This document shows, one piece after another, positions 9,194-17,893 of a stretch of 32,000 nucleotides of DNA. Origin of the DNA: Megasphaera elsdenii DSM 20460. Lineage in GTDB: Bacteria; Bacillota; Negativicutes; Veillonellales; Megasphaeraceae. The DNA lies in NCBI RefSeq assembly GCF_003010495.1, contig NZ_CP027570.1:2340001-2372000 (forward strand). Reading direction: 5' to 3'. Every line of letters starts with the position of its first letter. Positions within the stretch are counted from its first letter, which is position 1. A model generated the notes under the pieces. The model ran no database searches and was not told the origin of the DNA. It was given only the letters and a program-made list of their open reading frames with translations. Both the position numbers and the translations under genes were made by a program.

Positions 9194-9270
9194 GACTCAG
9201 TAGCTCAGCTGGATAGAGCAACAGCCTTCTAAGCTGTGGGTCTAGGGTTCGAATCCCTACTGGGTCACCA
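9194..9270 (+). tRNA. tRNA-Arg (anticodon TCT)
   Basis: Acceptor GACTCAG/CTGGGTC, anticodon stem ACAGC/GCTGT with loop CTTCTAA, T-loop GGTTCGAATCC, encoded CCA. Confidence 0.9.
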
Positions 9271-9277
9271 CTTACTT

Positions 9278-9352
9278 GCGCCTATAGCTCAGGGGATAGA
9301 GCACCGGTCTCCGGAACCGGGTGCGAAGGTTCGAATCCTTCTAGGCGCACCA
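9278..9352 (+). tRNA. tRNA-Arg (anticodon CCG)
   Basis: Acceptor GCGCCTA/TAGGCGC, anticodon stem CCGGT/ACCGG with loop CTCCGGA, T-loop GGTTCGAATCC, encoded CCA. Confidence 0.85.
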
Positions 9353-9361
9353 AAAAAATAA

Positions 9362-9414
9362 AAAGAAGTTGTCGCATTAAGCTAAAATGCTTAATGTGAC
9401 AACTTCTTTTTATT
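9362..9414 (+). terminator. Intrinsic terminator after the tRNA operon
   Basis: AAGAAGTTGTCGCATTAAGC-taaaat-GCTTAATGTGACAACTTCTT followed by TTTTATTTT. An A-run precedes it, so it could act in both directions. Confidence 0.8.
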
Positions 9415-9506
9415 TTACAGTGAAAAGTTTGATTTTCTTCTTTTTAAGAACGAACATCGGCCTGTTCCCCCTATTTTTCACGGCTTCCAGAAAAATCGTG
9501 ATTCGC

Positions 9507-9874
9507 ATGAGCTTCAACATGCCCTTTATCAATATGATACTGGATCACGTCCGTCAGCAAAACTATGACATCGCTATCGAAAGCACCTATGAATTATCAA
9601 ATGAACGGGAAATCCATGACGAACTCATCAAACAGGCTGTCGCCAATTCCAAACGTCGGGCAGAAGCCATCGCAGCCACAGTAGGAAAAAAATCATTGGC
9701 ATCAAATCGGTATCTATGAATAACTATAGCGAAGATTCAATTCGTTACTGTAATATGCTGGCACCTGATTCGCTGAATTTTGAAAAACCTAAATCCTTAG
9801 ACCTCTCTAATCAGCTAGCTGCCAATTCAACGACAGAAAGTGAATCTGTCGACGTTGAATGGATTATTGATTGA
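9507..9874 (+). pseudogene. Remnant of a SIMPL/DUF541-like gene: N-terminally truncated and frameshifted
   Basis: One frame gives ...ELIKQAVANSKRRAEAIAATVGKK and stops at 9719. The adjacent frame continues as KIIGIKSVSMNNYSED...ESVDVEWIID and stops at 9874. The junction is an A7 run at about 9686-9692. Only roughly the C-terminal half of a typical family member is present. The family call is from memory of its pattern. Confidence 0.45.
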
Positions 9875-9889
9875 AACGCATAAAAGATT

Positions 9890-9920
9890 AAAAGCGCTGT
9901 CGTAGAAGACAGCGCTTTTT
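9890..9920. terminator. Bidirectional intrinsic terminator
   Basis: AAAAGCGCTGTC-gtagaa-GACAGCGCTTTTT, with an A-run on one side and a T-run on the other. It sits between two convergent remnant ORFs. Confidence 0.7.
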
Positions 9921-9931
9921 AATGTATATTT

Positions 9932-10286
9932 TCACTTATCTTTAACTTGTGGCAGCTGTGAAACTAAAATCTGTAAAGATATGACGTTTTTATTTTTTTG
10001 TTCAACAGCTCCTATAAACAATTGCGCTACATTATACATAGCCTGAACGTTTTTTCTTCGCGCTTCTGATAACGTGTTTTGAAACAGTAACTTTTCGGGT
10101 GAAATCGGGTCGACATAAATCGCCTCCTTCGAGGCTCGTCTCCCATGTGTATGATGAGTAACTGCATTTATTCTGTGTAAAAAAGAGACACCGTCTCTTA
10201 TCTCTCTGTTCATCATCCTCGTCTTTTTTCAAAAATTCGATATGGTGCGGAGTATCCATCCAGCCTTTGGGATGCTTATTTCTCAT
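9932..10286 (-). pseudogene. Small ORF downstream of hsdR, open in two overlapping frames; possibly frameshifted, function unknown
   Basis: The ATG at 10286 has GAGGTGA upstream and lies 35 nt after the hsdR stop. That frame (84 aa) loses protein-like character after about 30 codons. A second frame (10216..9932) continues with plausible sequence. The joined product would carry a PHHI...LHRINAVTHHTHG histidine pattern, only weakly HNH-like. Confidence 0.3.
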
Positions 10287-10321
10287 CAGCTTCTCACCTC
10301 ACTGAATTTTTGGTAGTTAGC

Positions 10322-13300
10322 TTACTTCTCTGCTACCATCCCACCTTTTTGCTTTGGAATAGAATATTGGCAATCGCTTGGCGCTTCATAGGACTTACCT
10401 TCCTTATTATAGGTCAGGTTGAACACCATGTCGGTCAGCCATTTCTTGAAGGATGGATTGTCCTGGAATTGTTTGAAAAGTTCCATATTATCTGCCATGA
10501 TAGAGAAAATGACCTGCTGCAAGGCCCGTTCGCCCTCAGTCCGGGCTTCCTGTTCATCAGAGTTCTTCATAGCATTGCGGTACTTCTCATCGTGGGAAAC
10601 CATGACTGGGATACGCAGAAGCTGTTGTTGTACGTTATCGGCATCGTTCCATTGGATATTCCCGAACATGTCATTGAATTCTGAAATAATCTGCGATAAG
10701 GGGTCCATTTCCGGTTCCACTATGTGGCCAACCTTCCCTGTCGGCACAGGGTCGATTTCAGCATCTTCATCTTCCAGTTTGATGGCTACGGCTTCCCGTG
10801 CCTCGTTCCGATAACTGTCCAGGTCCACAGCGGACAAGATACCCTCTGACAGGTCATCAGTCTGAGGCGATGGCAGTTTGGGAATCAGCAGGTTCAGGAA
10901 AATAGATAATTTTTCCCACGCTGCATTGCCATATGGAAGAATAGACCCCAGGAAACCATAGGTCCGCACAAAAGCCTTGGCAGCACTCTTAAACTGAATC
11001 TGGTCGTCCGTTTCCAGCTGATTATAAAGGGCCACACATGGATCAAGAAGCGGATCCAACCGGTCCCGTTCCCCGCCGTTCAGAAACAGGTCCACTACTT
11101 TATCTACGTCGCTGTGGTCATAGACCTGATAACCTTCCATCAGGGAAATCAGGTCGTAGAGCTTATTGGGGTCCGTTTCCCCAGACAGAATCGTCGTCCG
11201 GTAGAATCGAGAAAAGGCTTTTTCGATGGTTTCCGCCTTGTTGGCAAAATCCAACACATAGACTTCATCCTTGCCCGGCGCCGCCCGATTCAGCCGGGAC
11301 AGGGTCTGGACGGCCGCAATGTCCGAAAGGGGTTTGTCTACATACATAGTCTGGAGCAGCGGTTCGTCAAAGCCCGTCTGGAACATGTCGGCCACGACCA
11401 GCAGCCGGTACGGGTCCTTCTTGAATTTCTGGGGAATCTTGGCGTCTGGGAAGCCATTCATCTCGGCCGAAGTCAATACTGGTTCCTGGCCGTGATAGCT
11501 ACATTCCCCGGAAAAAGCGATGATAGCCTTATAAGGGCTGTGCCGGTCGGCAAGACACTGGGTAACGGCATAGTACGTTTCAATGCAACGGGGAATACTG
11601 GCCGTCACCACCATGGCGCGAGATTGGCCGCCCAGTTTCTTCCTGGCAATAATCTGTTCGTGGAAATGATCGACCATCATCGCCGCTTTCTTGGCAATGA
11701 CATCGGGATTCCCTTCGACAAAGGAGCGCAGTTTCTTCTGAGCCCGCTTCTTGTCAAACATGGGATCGTCTTCCACCTTTTTGGCAATCTTATACCAACT
11801 GTCGATGGTCACGTAATTCTTCAGCACATCCAGGATGAAGCCTTCCTGAATGGCTTGTTTCATAGTATAGACATGGAAGGGCCGGTGTTTAATTTTGCCG
11901 TCTTCTTCATAAGGCGTGCCAAATACCTCTTCCGTTTTATTTTTTGGGGTGGCCGTAAAGGCAAAATAGCTGGCCGTTTTTACCAGTTTCCGTCCCTCTA
12001 CCATGGCGTTGATTTTGTCTTCATTATCCAGTTCGCTGTCCGAAGCCATCCCGGAAAGGGCCAGATTCATACTGGCTGCGTTCCGCCCGCTCTGTCCCGA
12101 ATGGGCTTCGTCGATGATGATAGCAAAGGTATGGTTCATGTGTTCCTGGCCGATTTCCTGGGAAATATAAGGGAACTTCTCGACTGTCGTCACAATGATC
12201 CGTTTGCCATCCTGGATAGCCTTTTTCAAGTCACCCGAATGACGAGCCCATACGACGGTATTCTTTACCTGCATGAACTGTTTAATCGTATCCCGGATCT
12301 GCTTGTCCAGAATCCGCCGGTCCGTTACGACGATGACCGAATCAATCATAGGCCGTCCATCCCGTTCCAGTCCAATCAGCTGATGGGCCAGCCAGGCAAT
12401 GGAATTGGATTTGCCCGACCCGGCGCTGTGCTGGATGAGATAGCGTTTTCCCACACCGTACTGCCTGATATCGGCCAGGAGTTTTTCTACACAATCCAAC
12501 TGATGATAGCGCGGCCAGATCTGTTTGACCGATTTCTTCCGGGTTTCCGGATTTTCCTCGACGACGACCTGGGCATAATTCTCGATGATACGGGACAGTT
12601 TCTTCTTCGTCAGGATATCTTTCCACAAGTAGTCCGTCATGATGCCTTCAGGGTTGGGAGGATTCCCGGCCCCATCGTGGTACCCTTTATTGAAAGGCAG
12701 GAACCAGCTGGCCTTTCCGCAAAGTTTCGTACAGAACTGAACCGTCTGATCATCTACGGCAAAATGTACGATACAGCGCTTGAAGGAAAACAGCAGTTCC
12801 CTGGGATTGCGGTCTTTTTTATACTGTTCCACAGCATCGGCTGTTGTCTGTCCCGTGAAATGATTTTTCAGCTCTATGGTAATGACGGGCAGACCGTTGA
12901 TGAACAGGCAGAGGTCCAGTGCCAGTTTCGACGCATCGATAGCATAGCGCAACTGTCGGGTAACGCTGAAAATATTCTGGTCAAACAGCCGCTTCGCCTG
13001 CTCATTGTTTTCTGTCGGCGTGAAATAGAACAAAATCAGGTCAGCCGGATAGGCTTTGATGCCATTGCGCAGCACGTCGATAATGCCGCGCCGGGTGATT
13101 TCTCCAGAAAGGCGGTTCAAAAACTGCCGCTTCTTCTGGTCACTCTGGTTGACGCCGAGCTTTGCCATCTCTTTGGGTTGAGTATCATTCAAAAAGCGAA
13201 AGAGCCGGGTTTCATCGATGGCATATTCTTTGTTGTAGTCTTCATTGGTGCCCTGCTGGTAACCATTCTGATCTACCAGCCAGTTCACGATGAGCGTTTC

Positions 13301-13333
13301 AAAACCCTTTTCCGTTTTATCCGTAAAAGCCAT
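10322..13333 (-). CDS. hsdR: Type I restriction endonuclease, R subunit
   Basis: 1003 aa. N-terminal PD-(D/E)xK nuclease (DLCLFINGLPVITIELKN). SF2 motor motifs: HSAGSGKS (Walker A), IIDEAH (DEAH box), TATP, and QTLSRLNR. The ATG lies 2 nt after the hsdS stop, with GGAGGA upstream. Confidence 0.93.
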   Translation of the reverse strand: MAFTDKTEKGFETLIVNWLVDQNGYQQGTNEDYNKEYAIDETRLFRFLNDTQPKEMAKLGVNQSDQKKRQFLNRLSGEITRRGIIDVLRNGIKAYPADLILFYFTPTENNEQAKRLFDQNIFSVTRQLRYAIDASKLALDLCLFINGLPVITIELKNHFTGQTTADAVEQYKKDRNPRELLFSFKRCIVHFAVDDQTVQFCTKLCGKASWFLPFNKGYHDGAGNPPNPEGIMTDYLWKDILTKKKLSRIIENYAQVVVEENPETRKKSVKQIWPRYHQLDCVEKLLADIRQYGVGKRYLIQHSAGSGKSNSIAWLAHQLIGLERDGRPMIDSVIVVTDRRILDKQIRDTIKQFMQVKNTVVWARHSGDLKKAIQDGKRIIVTTVEKFPYISQEIGQEHMNHTFAIIIDEAHSGQSGRNAASMNLALSGMASDSELDNEDKINAMVEGRKLVKTASYFAFTATPKNKTEEVFGTPYEEDGKIKHRPFHVYTMKQAIQEGFILDVLKNYVTIDSWYKIAKKVEDDPMFDKKRAQKKLRSFVEGNPDVIAKKAAMMVDHFHEQIIARKKLGGQSRAMVVTASIPRCIETYYAVTQCLADRHSPYKAIIAFSGECSYHGQEPVLTSAEMNGFPDAKIPQKFKKDPYRLLVVADMFQTGFDEPLLQTMYVDKPLSDIAAVQTLSRLNRAAPGKDEVYVLDFANKAETIEKAFSRFYRTTILSGETDPNKLYDLISLMEGYQVYDHSDVDKVVDLFLNGGERDRLDPLLDPCVALYNQLETDDQIQFKSAAKAFVRTYGFLGSILPYGNAAWEKLSIFLNLLIPKLPSPQTDDLSEGILSAVDLDSYRNEAREAVAIKLEDEDAEIDPVPTGKVGHIVEPEMDPLSQIISEFNDMFGNIQWNDADNVQQQLLRIPVMVSHDEKYRNAMKNSDEQEARTEGERALQQVIFSIMADNMELFKQFQDNPSFKKWLTDMVFNLTYNKEGKSYEAPSDCQYSIPKQKGGMVAEK

Positions 13334-13335
13334 CG

Positions 13336-14715
13336 TCAGTCCTCCTCTCCAGGGATTCCTGTTTCTTCGTCATTGTCTTCCCCATCATCAGCCGTCAAGT
13401 CGTCCACGTGTTCGTAAGCAGGAACAGGGATATTCCGGACATCGATTTTGCCGGTGACCACGTCAGAGATGATGGTGGAGCATAACTCTTTTAAAAATTC
13501 AAGCTGTTTATGTTTTGTGCATATCAGTCTATTTATCTGACTTGTCTTAAGACAAATGTAATCAATAATTTTATACTGTATAGCAATAGATGGCAAACCA
13601 ATAACAAAATTTCTTATAAAATCAGCAGGAACTCTTTTTTGACCTGCTGACCCAGTCATTTGCCCTTCTCCGAGACTCCTGAAAATTTTAGTCATCGTAA
13701 TATAGTACAGATATTTAGGCAGAACATCGTTTCCTGCTCTTAAATTAAAAAGTTCTGTTGTCCCATATCCTATATCTGATTCTAGTTCATCAAGGCAAGC
13801 ACCCTTGCCATTTTCAAAGCATGGTGTAATTTTAGCAACAATAACATCATTTTTAGCAAATGATGAAAACCCTGTTCTTACTTTTGCAATTGGCTGTTTG
13901 ATTGAGCAATCAATTTTACCATTTTCTGAAATATTTTCCATTGGTAAGAAAACCACTTTATCTTGATCCGTGTGCTTCTTTAATTGATTACTAATCGACG
14001 CACCAACCTTACATATCCTCTTAATTTTTATAACCTTCCATGTTGCGGGGATTTTCGGTAGATAGTAAACATCGGTTTTCTTCATAACTACATTCGAGTC
14101 AATTCCTTGAAGGATAGCAGAATTAATAATTTCTGCTTTCAATTCCTCCAGCTCCTGTATTTCCTTCCGCCGAATTCCAATCAGCTTGTTAATCTCCGAA
14201 ACCTTCCAGTCCAGGAAGCGCACAATCTGGTCCTGCTCGGCACGAGGAGGGACGGGAAACAGAATGGTTCTCATTTCACTATAGCGAGTGGTCCACAAAT
14301 CTGCAACAATCCCTCTGCCATTCCTGTAATACTCTTCAGAAAATCTATAATTACGAAGCAAATAATGAATATATTCACTATTTAATTCATTGCTTGGAGT
14401 CAAAACAATATTGATAAGAGAAACCGACCCATCCAATCTTGATACGCCACAGGATCCTTTTCTGTCTGAACGACTATTAATAACAAAATCTCCTTTCTTT
14501 ACGAGTTTTCGGTTATCGCTATCATTGGACTTGGCTGCATGTTCAAGCTGTGGAAGTATCCCCTTCTTTGTCACTGATAACGGCTTATAATCCTTATCTG
14601 AAACCTTTTTCTTGCGTTCAGTAAACAACGCATTTATCTTCTGAAGTTTCCAATGTGCTGGTATCTGGGGAATCCACGTGACATTAGTATTCATCACATT
14701 GCTATATTTCTTCAT
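13336..14715 (-). CDS. hsdS: Type I restriction-modification specificity subunit
   Basis: 459 aa with two target-recognition halves. Each is followed by a conserved coiled-coil spacer (EQDQIVRFLDWKVSEINKLI... and IQYKIIDYICLKTSQINRLI...). The gene is much more AT-rich than hsdM and hsdR. Its start overlaps the hsdM stop (TAATG). Confidence 0.9.
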   Translation of the reverse strand: MKKYSNVMNTNVTWIPQIPAHWKLQKINALFTERKKKVSDKDYKPLSVTKKGILPQLEHAAKSNDSDNRKLVKKGDFVINSRSDRKGSCGVSRLDGSVSLINIVLTPSNELNSEYIHYLLRNYRFSEEYYRNGRGIVADLWTTRYSEMRTILFPVPPRAEQDQIVRFLDWKVSEINKLIGIRRKEIQELEELKAEIINSAILQGIDSNVVMKKTDVYYLPKIPATWKVIKIKRICKVGASISNQLKKHTDQDKVVFLPMENISENGKIDCSIKQPIAKVRTGFSSFAKNDVIVAKITPCFENGKGACLDELESDIGYGTTELFNLRAGNDVLPKYLYYITMTKIFRSLGEGQMTGSAGQKRVPADFIRNFVIGLPSIAIQYKIIDYICLKTSQINRLICTKHKQLEFLKELCSTIISDVVTGKIDVRNIPVPAYEHVDDLTADDGEDNDEETGIPGEED

Positions 14716-16739
14716 TACTCCAGCCCCCTGACGATGTCATCCATAACGCCTTCTGATTCTTTTTCCAGTTCTGCCAGGGACGCCAGGATGTCTTTCATAT
14801 CCCGCAGTTTTACGGGCTTGTAGAAGTATTTAGTAAAGCTGATTTCATAGCCGATTTTGGTCTTGTCTTCGTCTACATAGGCATCGGGCGCATAGGGCAG
14901 GACTTCTTTCTCGATGAAGGTATCAATTCCACCTTCATACTGGAACGGGATGTTTTCTGTATCCCGCAGTTCCGGATCCGCTTCCCCGGCGACTTCTTTC
15001 GCATCCGGGTCTGTTTCGGTAATATAAGGGCGGATTTTCTTCAGCTGTGTCTTCTTCAATTTAGTGGCTTTAGCAAAGGAATCCCAGTCGTCAAAAGGCG
15101 CCGTCTTGGCAGCTTCCTGTACGGCATCGCGCACGTCTAACAGCTCCATATATTTCTTGAACAGGACTTTCCCCTTTTCATCCTTTTCGGGAATCTCCCG
15201 TTCCGGGAACACCCGCAGGCGCAGGGGCCGGTCCACGGTGACATTCCAGTAGCCGAATTCACTGTTGTCGAAAATCTTACTGACGTCGCTTTCTTCCATG
15301 GCGAGGAAGAGGCGGATGATCTCTTTGCGTATATCCGGCGTGAATTCGCAGTTCTTGTTCCCCATGTTCTTGCGCAGGGGCGATTTCATCTGCGTCGCAT
15401 CGATGAGCTGGATTTTGCCTTTCCGACGGGCTTCTTTCTTATTGGACAGGACCCAGATGTACGTGCCAATGCCCGTGTTGTAGAACATGTTATCCGGCAG
15501 GGCGATAATGGCTTCCACCAAGTCGCTTTCCATCAGATAGCGGCGGGCGTTGCTCTCACCGCTGCCGGCGTCACCAGTGAACAGAGACGAACCGTTATGG
15601 ACTTCGATGATACGGCTGCCCAGTTCGGTATCGGTCTTCATCTTAGATACGTTATTGAGGAGGAATAAGAGCTGCCCGTCGCTGGTGCGGGGGATCATCT
15701 TCAGCAGGTCCCCGCCCGGCAGGTAGGTGTTGAAACGGGTATCGAGGATTTCATTTTTGCCTCCCAGCTTGTCGGCATCGGTCTTCCAACTCTTTCCATA
15801 AGGTGGATTGGAGAGCATGAAGTCGAATTGCCGCGACGGGTTCCCGTCCAGAGACAGGGTCGAGCCATAGGCAATGTGTTCGGCTTCCTCGCCGTCCCCT
15901 TTCAGCAGCATATCAGCCTTGCAGATGGCATAGGTTTCCGGGTTGATTTCCTGACCAAACAAGTGAATAGAAACTTTTTTCCCCTGTTTAGCCGCCAGTT
16001 TCAGGAGACGCGCCTGGGCCACTGTGAGCATCCCGCCGGTCCCGCAGGCTCCGTCATAGCAGGAATAAGTCGCATCTTTAATCTGGTCTTCTACAGGGTA
16101 GAAAGCCAAATCAGCCATGAGTTCGACGACATCGCGTGGCGTCCAGTGTTCCCCGGCTTCTTCGTTGTTTTCTTCATTGAAACGGCGGATGAGTTCCTCG
16201 AAAATGGTCCCCATGCCATGATTATCCAGTCCAGGTAACTTTACAATCTTCTTTTCTTCATCTTTATACACCGGCTTAGGGCTCAAGTTAATATCAGACG
16301 ACGTGAATTTCTCAATGACGGCTCCTAAAATATCGGCATCAACCATGGTCCGGATCTGGTCACGGAACTTGAATTTATCGAGGATTTCCTGAACGTTCGG
16401 AGAGAAACCGTCGAGATAGGCCTTAAAATCCGCTTCTAAGGTCTGTTTCTTCCCCCGGCTGGTCAGGTCCTTCAACAGGAAAGGCGAAGCATTACAAAAA
16501 GCCTGCCCCGCTGCATTACACAGTGCCGGCCACTGGTTGTCGATGTGCGCCGCATCCAGCTGCTTTTTCATGGTGAGCACGGTTTTCTTGGTTCCTTCCA
16601 GCATAGCGTCGAGACGGCGGATGACCGTCATGGGCAGGATAACGTCCCGGTACTTGCCCCGCACGTATACATCCCGCAGGCAGTCGTCTGCGATGCCCCA
16701 TATAAAACTGACGATCGAATTATATTCCTGATTATCCAT
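14715..16739 (-). CDS. hsdM: Type I restriction-modification DNA methyltransferase (N6-adenine), long form
   Basis: HsdM N-terminal domain (SIVSFIWGIADDCLRD), SAM motif YDGACGTGGML, catalytic motif LSNPPYGKSW. I trimmed the start to ATG 16737-16739, with GGAGG 7 nt upstream. About 674 aa, including a C-terminal extension of about 200 aa. Confidence 0.92.
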   Translation of the reverse strand: MDNQEYNSIVSFIWGIADDCLRDVYVRGKYRDVILPMTVIRRLDAMLEGTKKTVLTMKKQLDAAHIDNQWPALCNAAGQAFCNASPFLLKDLTSRGKKQTLEADFKAYLDGFSPNVQEILDKFKFRDQIRTMVDADILGAVIEKFTSSDINLSPKPVYKDEEKKIVKLPGLDNHGMGTIFEELIRRFNEENNEEAGEHWTPRDVVELMADLAFYPVEDQIKDATYSCYDGACGTGGMLTVAQARLLKLAAKQGKKVSIHLFGQEINPETYAICKADMLLKGDGEEAEHIAYGSTLSLDGNPSRQFDFMLSNPPYGKSWKTDADKLGGKNEILDTRFNTYLPGGDLLKMIPRTSDGQLLFLLNNVSKMKTDTELGSRIIEVHNGSSLFTGDAGSGESNARRYLMESDLVEAIIALPDNMFYNTGIGTYIWVLSNKKEARRKGKIQLIDATQMKSPLRKNMGNKNCEFTPDIRKEIIRLFLAMEESDVSKIFDNSEFGYWNVTVDRPLRLRVFPEREIPEKDEKGKVLFKKYMELLDVRDAVQEAAKTAPFDDWDSFAKATKLKKTQLKKIRPYITETDPDAKEVAGEADPELRDTENIPFQYEGGIDTFIEKEVLPYAPDAYVDEDKTKIGYEISFTKYFYKPVKLRDMKDILASLAELEKESEGVMDDIVRGLE

Positions 16740-16819
16740 TCCATTTCCTCCATCCCGCCATCTTTCCAGCGGCCATTTATTGTATATGGCATAATGCCCA
16801 TGATTATTCTGATACATTG

Positions 16820-16848
16820 ATTGTATCATGATAACTGCGACAGAGCAA
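16820..16848 (-). promoter_or_regulatory. Candidate promoter of hsdMSR
   Basis: Minus strand has TTGCTC (16843-16848), a 17 nt spacer, then TACAAT (16820-16825). It lies downstream of the terminator that ends the sigma-like gene. Confidence 0.5.
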
Positions 16849-16866
16849 TTTTCCCTAAGAGTAGCA

Positions 16867-16898
16867 CAAAAAAGAGCTATCGCACGTGCGACAGCTCC
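16867..16898 (-). terminator. Intrinsic terminator after the sigma-like gene
   Basis: Minus strand reads GGAGCTGTCGCACGTGCGATAGCTC followed by TTTTTTG. The stem has one mismatch. Confidence 0.6.
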
Positions 16899-16907
16899 AT
16901 ATTTTTG

Positions 16908-17492
16908 TCAGTCCCTCAATTCGGCCAGCCTGACGCGCAATTTTGCCAGGCCCCGCTTAGCGGTCCGCCGGATGAGGCTTTCATCCCGATGGTAGATGCG
17001 GCCTATTTTCCGATAGGAATGGCCATTGAAAAAATGGAGGATGATGAAATGCCTTTCTTTTTCGGACAAGTCGTCCAAGGCTTCCTGAATCAGCCTGTGT
17101 ATGTCCTTCTCGATACAGCGATATTCGGGACACTGCGACAACGGCGCCATGCAGTCGACAGGCAAATCCGTGACTTCCGCGTTATGGATGATGTTCTTCT
17201 GTATCCGTTGGTCGTATTTTTCCTTGTGATAGCCTTCCCGTTCAAAGGTATTGTGAATACAGGCCATCATCTGCCGTTCGACATTACCCGGCTTGGTCAG
17301 GTCAAATTCAAAAATACATCGGCACGCCGCAGCATGAGCCGTCGAGATAGCTTCTTCAACGGATTGATAATAGCCGTTATACTTTTTGACCTGTTTTTTG
17401 ATGAGCGGTGAAAATTGCCCCAACAAAAACAGTGTCGCTTCGTGATTTCCGTTCTGTGCTTCGCGCACGCAGTGTCGCAATGTCATGGTCAC
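16908..17492 (-). CDS. Sigma-70-family / sigma-like transcriptional regulator of the mobile-element type
   Basis: 194 aa. The N-terminus is region-2-like (AQNGNHEATLFLLGQFSPLIKK). The C-terminus is a region-4 helix-turn-helix (LSEKERHFIILHFFNGHSYRKIGRIYHRDESLIRRTAKRGLAKLR). Confidence 0.7.
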   Translation of the reverse strand: MTMTLRHCVREAQNGNHEATLFLLGQFSPLIKKQVKKYNGYYQSVEEAISTAHAAACRCIFEFDLTKPGNVERQMMACIHNTFEREGYHKEKYDQRIQKNIIHNAEVTDLPVDCMAPLSQCPEYRCIEKDIHRLIQEALDDLSEKERHFIILHFFNGHSYRKIGRIYHRDESLIRRTAKRGLAKLRVRLAELRD

Positions 17493-17553
17493 GTAATCCT
17501 CTCCTTACCTTAAAATCAAATTAAGACCTCTTTTCTTCATCTATCTTAACAAA

Positions 17554-17578
17554 TTTCACGTGTTGGCAAAACGTGAAA
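17554..17578. promoter_or_regulatory. Inverted repeat upstream of the sigma-like gene (candidate operator)
   Basis: TTTCACGT-N9-ACGTGAAA. It overlaps a weak promoter-like TTGCCA ... TAAGAT on the minus strand. Confidence 0.3.
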
Positions 17579-17606
17579 ATACCCTGGGCCGACAGGCGGC
17601 CCAAGG
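17574..17606 (-). terminator. Intrinsic terminator after the DUF2922-like gene
   Basis: Minus strand reads CCTTGGGCCG-cctgt-CGGCCCAGG (one bulge) followed by GTATTTTCACGTTTT. Confidence 0.55.
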
Positions 17607-17625
17607 CATCTCTATTCGGTTACGC

Positions 17626-17856
17626 TTATTCGAGCGTTTCGACTTTACGGGTTACAATCTGGCTCGACTTGAGTGCTGTCAAATTGCCGCCTTCCGTCGT
17701 AGCAAATATTTTGCTGTCGACGATGGCTTTGGCGGCTGTATCGACGGTAGCTTTCGTCAAGTCCGCTTTCGGATTGGAAATGGAGTAGCTAACATTTTTG
17801 CTGATTCCATCAACAAAGGTGAGCTGTAACGTTTTCGTTTCCGATTTGATGGCCAT
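17626..17856 (-). CDS. Small DUF2922-like protein (76 aa)
   Basis: MAIKSETKTLQLTFVDG...NPKADLTKATVDTAAKAIVDSKIFATTEGGNLTALKSSQIVTRKVETLE. I trimmed the start to ATG 17856, with AGGAGG upstream. The sequence and its pairing with the upstream small gene fit the DUF1659/DUF2922 pairs of Firmicutes. The family call is from memory. Confidence 0.65.
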   Translation of the reverse strand: MAIKSETKTLQLTFVDGISKNVSYSISNPKADLTKATVDTAAKAIVDSKIFATTEGGNLTALKSSQIVTRKVETLE

Positions 17857-17893
17857 GGTAATTCCTCCTTTCTTTGGTATGGTGAGAAGAGCA

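Noticed and set aside
11114-13417. 767-aa plus-strand ORF, the longest 'unannotated' ORF in the track
   Set aside because: It lies exactly antisense to hsdR, in the codon-complementary frame. HsdR has unmistakable nuclease and helicase motifs, while the antisense translation has none. This is a shadow ORF that exists because the sense gene avoids TTA, CTA and TCA codons.
16740-16829. 30-codon N-terminal extension of hsdM given by the ORF track
   Set aside because: The internal ATG at 16739 has a GGAGG at ideal spacing and begins the conserved HsdM N-terminus. The extension overlaps the predicted -10 of the hsdM promoter. Similar upstream extensions were trimmed for purM, LysR, recD2, chorismate mutase, cas4, the replisome organizer and the DUF2922-like gene.
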